Source of the DNA: an uncultured Methanosarcinaceae archaeon
GTDB lineage: Archaea > Halobacteriota > Methanosarcinia > Methanosarcinales > Methanosarcinaceae
Direction of reading: 5' to 3'
Length of the DNA: 64,000 nt
NCBI GenBank assembly: GCA_963733675.1
Contig: CAVTET010000012.1
Coordinates: forward strand, 192,001 to 256,000
In this document: piece by piece, positions 60,399 through 64,000 of the stretch
Layout: every line of letters starts with the position of its first letter
Position numbering within the stretch: the stretch's first letter is position 1
Program-made: the position numbers and the translations under genes
The notes under the pieces: generated by a model
Database searches by the model: none
What the model was told of the DNA's origin: nothing
Seen by the model: the letters and a program-made list of their open reading frames with translations, nothing else

Positions 60399-60794
60399 GA
60401 AAAAATGGATGGCTCAGCAATGCATAAAGCAGCAGATAAAATTATGAAGTTGAAAAAATCGAGTTTTTTATTTGACATTGATACAGGGAACGCCATTATT
60501 GACCCACTCTTAAAAGGGCAGATGAATCTTTTAATTTTTTATAAGGCTAGGTGGACACCGAGAAGAAACCAAAAACAGAAAATTACACTGTACATAAAAA
60601 ACAGACTCTTGTAGCAGACGAATTGTCAATAACCCAGCAAGCTGTTTCGGATTCTCTTAGAAAAATTAACTGGGAAGAAATTAATTTAATGGAAGAGGAA
60701 TTAAATCATGTGCTTGAACTCTACAATGATTTCATCTTGAACAAAGGAGATTTAGATAGGCTTTGAAAATATTTCAGACTACTATACATACTTA

Positions 60795-61184
60795 TTGACA
60801 AGTTATTTTGCTGATCTCAATATGTTATTTACTCTGATTTTAACAAGTGGGTATGTTCTTAAGTTCATTTTGTCGTATGTTTCGACAAAAAGAAAAAACG
60901 AAGTTCAAGAAGATGTTAGCCCCGCTGATTCAAAAATTAGAGATACTGGTGTTATAGTTGGTAAATGTGAAAATTTACTTATACCAACCTTAATAATCTT
61001 GGATGCTTACACAGCTTTAGCGATTATATTCACCGCAAAAACGATCGTTAGAGCTGAAGACATGAAAAGTGAAAACACACTATATTTTTTTATAGGTACA
61101 ATAATTAATTTTACATATTCCGTCTGTATTGGGAATATTATAAAAATTATTTTATATTTTTACTTTGGCCACTGTTTGTTATAA
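60795..61184 (+). CDS. SatE/DUF3307-like membrane protein
   Basis: TGVIVGKCENLL...FTAKTIVR...YFFIGT resembles the GxxIGxxER...AKSxxR...YxLIGT pattern; directly after satD. Confidence 0.65.
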   Translation: MTSYFADLNMLFTLILTSGYVLKFILSYVSTKRKNEVQEDVSPADSKIRDTGVIVGKCENLLIPTLIILDAYTALAIIFTAKTIVRAEDMKSENTLYFFIGTIINFTYSVCIGNIIKIILYFYFGHCLL

Positions 61185-62100
61185 ATATCTAATTTAGAAT
61201 AAATGATATTCTTAATTAAGCAAAACTTATGCGATTTAGCCGAGAATCAATAGCAAAAGCATTCAAATTATTAAATTATACGCATGAGGTACAAAATCAA
61301 GTACAATCGACTCTACAGCTGAAAATAATTCTTCAGTTGAAAAGTAACCATACAAATAAATAAGCATAGATAATGAATGTGATTTTCCTGAATAACTGTT
61401 CCAAAATATCACATATATTTTGTCGCATTTAGAAAGTGATCTTAAATTACACTCGAGATAACGAAGAGCCTTATATTTAGTAATTTGATACTCCAAATCA
61501 CTTTCTCTGACAGACTAGGTTAGGTGTTTTATGAGATGATTAATTCCCCCATTTTAAGTATCCCAACCTAAAGATATAACTGACAGAATTTTTTAGCCTG
61601 TCTCAAAGCAAACAGTGTAAGTAAATGAAATTCAGTCCTTTTTAATTCGCTCATTTTAGAACATAAAGTATTATATACTGAGTCACTAAATTGTGTGATA
61701 GATGACCTAACCATATCCATGGAAAAAGCTGTTTTATTCAAATACTTCTCTAATCCCCTGTGGTCGAGCGCACCATCTCTGACCAAGGTGTCAAAAACAG
61801 ACTCATTTTAGAAATAAGCTATGATTTGGAGCATTACCCGAAAACAAAAAAGGCGTTGTTCACTTAATCCCCCAACAAAGGACTGGATATTCGTGATCAT
61901 CAGACTCTCAGGGTAACAAAATGTATCTTAACTTGACAATGTCGCGTTGTTAACAGAGTAACAAGGATTAAATCGGTTTTTATTTTATAAATAAGAACTG
62001 CTTGCAAAAACGCAGGTTAATATCATTTCAAAGAAAATAAAAGTAGTAATTAAATCAGAATAGTAATGGGAATAATACCGCAGTCAATAAAGCTTGATTT

Positions 62101-62370
62101 TCATTTTTTATCCCAGAACTCCTCAGCTTCTTCCTCCATCTCTTCCAGCCTGTCATAGTAATCCGAGAACTCATTCAAATGAGCCAAAGCGATTTTTCCT
62201 GTCATTATAGGATCATCATTAGTAACGTTTGTCCATGGGTCTCTAGTTCCGTGTTCCAACTCTATATCCATGCCCCTGCGAAATTGGTCGACGTCGAACT
62301 TATCCCATTTTATTCCCAGCTCATCCCCAACTGCCTTTGCTTCTTGTGCCGTAAATTGATTATTTATCAA
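62101..62370 (-). CDS. DUF5661-like small acidic protein
   Basis: FRRGMDIELEHG...KIALAHLNEFSDYYDRL. Confidence 0.75.
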   Translation of the reverse strand: MINNQFTAQEAKAVGDELGIKWDKFDVDQFRRGMDIELEHGTRDPWTNVTNDDPIMTGKIALAHLNEFSDYYDRLEEMEEEAEEFWDKK

Positions 62371-62697
62371 GCTGATCCCTTCTACCAGACATTCAATTAT
62401 TGATTAATTATTTATTTTTAATCAATATTTAATATGCATTTGTACTTAAAGATTATTCTGCACAAATACTATATATTGCAATATACTGTTGAGCTATAAA
62501 AATGGAACTTTAATATGCTAAACGATCTTTTGGGATGTTGATGAATTTGGTCATTTTCATATAAATATATAAAAATTTAAAGTATAGAATCTTGATTAAT
62601 ATTTTCTTATGCTTGTTACAGCACTTACCATTGATCACCACGGAATTTTTTCAGATATCTAAGAAAAACTCGAAATTGTAACATTGATTGATGAAGT

Positions 62698-63628
62698 GGT
62701 TCCGTTGCAAAAAATTCAAAAAAATATGTAAATCTATAAGTAATGAATAAAAATCAAAATATTAAAGGAAAATGGATTCCGTTGCAAAAATCCTTTCTAA
62801 TGATACAATAGAATAAAAAGAAAACCAAAGATAGTAATATGCTATCTAATTCCTTTAAATGGAAGCATTATGAAGGAGAAATTATCCTATTGAATGTAAG
62901 ATGGTACTTAAAATATCCATTGAGCTGTAGAAATTTAAAGGAAATGATGATAGAAAGAGGAATTCAAGTTGATCACAGTACTATAATGAGATGGGTACAT
63001 CAATATTCCCCTGAAATAGAAAAGAAGATAAGAAGACATTTAAGACTAACAAACTATTCGTGGAAAGTTGATGAAACCTATATCAAAATAAAAGGTAAAT
63101 GGAAATATCTTTACCGAGCAGTTGACTCAAATGGAGATACAATTGATTTCATGTTAAGTGCAAAACGAAATCGAAATGCAGCGAAGAGATTTTTTAAGAA
63201 AGCTTTGAGTTCTAATCATAACCAAATTCCAAGAGTAATAACAGTTGATAAGAATCCAGCTTATCCACCTGCTATAGGTAAACTGAAAAATGATAAAATA
63301 CTACCTAAAAACGTAGGCATTAGACAAATCAAGTATTTGAATAACATTATAGAACAAGATCATAGATTTATAAAGCGAATCGTTAATCCAATGTTAGGAT
63401 TTCAGTCTTTCCAATCTGCTAATAAGACTTTAAAAGGAATTGAAGCTATGAATATGATCAAAAAAGGACAAGTAAATGATCTAAATTAATCTGTTCTTAA
63501 TGAAGTCAAATACATTAATCAATTGTTTGGTATAGTTTTATAATGTTAGTGCATTTTCTTTGAATATTCTGATTTTTATTCATTACCTATAGATTTACAT
63601 ATTTTTTTGAATTTTTTGCAACGGAACC
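62698..63628 (+). mobile_element. IS6-family element, copy 5 (long-IR variant; premature TAA at codon 217)
   Basis: Same architecture as copy 1; ORF 62839-63489 is 216 aa; no TSD. Confidence 0.95.
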
Positions 63629-63873
63629 TTTTACTATATCATCTTTCAGCTCCATATAATTTTAAACTCATCTGACCTATCTTATCCTAAATAGATCATT
63701 AAAACTTCCTTCTAGGTATATCATCCTCGCCGAACGTTCAATCCTAGAAGTTTCCGTTCAAAATTTTAAATGGACTTCTCAACTGATAATTCGGTATATA
63801 AGCTTGGGTATTTCTCAAAAAAGATAAGGCTAATATGCAACGGTACAGTATGAATAACAGATAACAGGAAGGG

Positions 63874-64000
63874 ATTGAAATATTCGATGACTTAAAAAAC
63901 AGCGTAAGAAAGCTGATAATTCCCATTGCTCTCATAATTCCTCTATCTCCAAACACACTTACCTTACTGGGTTTATTGGTAAGCATGGCTGCCGGCTTGG
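63874..64000 (+). CDS. CDP-alcohol phosphatidyltransferase, 5' part (start uncertain; runs off window end)
   Basis: IFDDLKNSVRKLIIPIALIIPLSPNTLTLLGLLVSMAAGL; SPNxLT is typical of the family N-terminus. Confidence 0.65.
   Translation, partial: MEIFDDLKNSVRKLIIPIALIIPLSPNTLTLLGLLVSMAAGL

Larger units (their letters stand above)
59237..60766 (+). pseudogene. satD: SatD-family protein (N-terminal catalytic-like domain plus C-terminal HTH), interrupted by IS6 and frameshifted
   Basis: VVQGDIIDSRKI, KGIDEIEG; removing the IS and one TSD restores VEKM-DGSAMHKA; HTH QTLVADELSITQQAVSDSL after a frameshift near 60560-60590. Confidence 0.8.

Overview
AT-rich archaeal chromosome segment, most consistent with a Methanosarcina-type methanogen (NrpRII, archaeal CoA genes PoK/PPS/CoaBC, GatD, cupin PGI, NfnAB/SudAB, bacterial-type SerRS, beta-propeller surface proteins). 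Intact housekeeping genes are islands in long eroded tracts of pseudogenes, gene fragments and IS debris: five IS6 copies, two near-complete IS5 (IS1031-like) copies, older IS5 and IS200 remnants, and two MITE families. Main signals: (1) a SatD-SatE-like module preceded by a phased 28-bp ACA-N12-TGT array and knocked out by an IS6 with an 8-bp TSD; (2) an IS6 variant carrying a 77-bp inverted copy of its right end in front of an altered left IR, with signs of arm-to-arm homogenisation; (3) an intact, GC-richer NAD-dependent formate dehydrogenase; (4) a decayed integrated replicon (P-loop helicase, inverted iteron clusters, PolA fragment in frame behind an amber codon); (5) a decayed tRNA-Cys and a candidate tandem sRNA. 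No CRISPR array or rRNA seen. All calls are from manual reading; no searches were run, and pseudogene boundaries are approximate.
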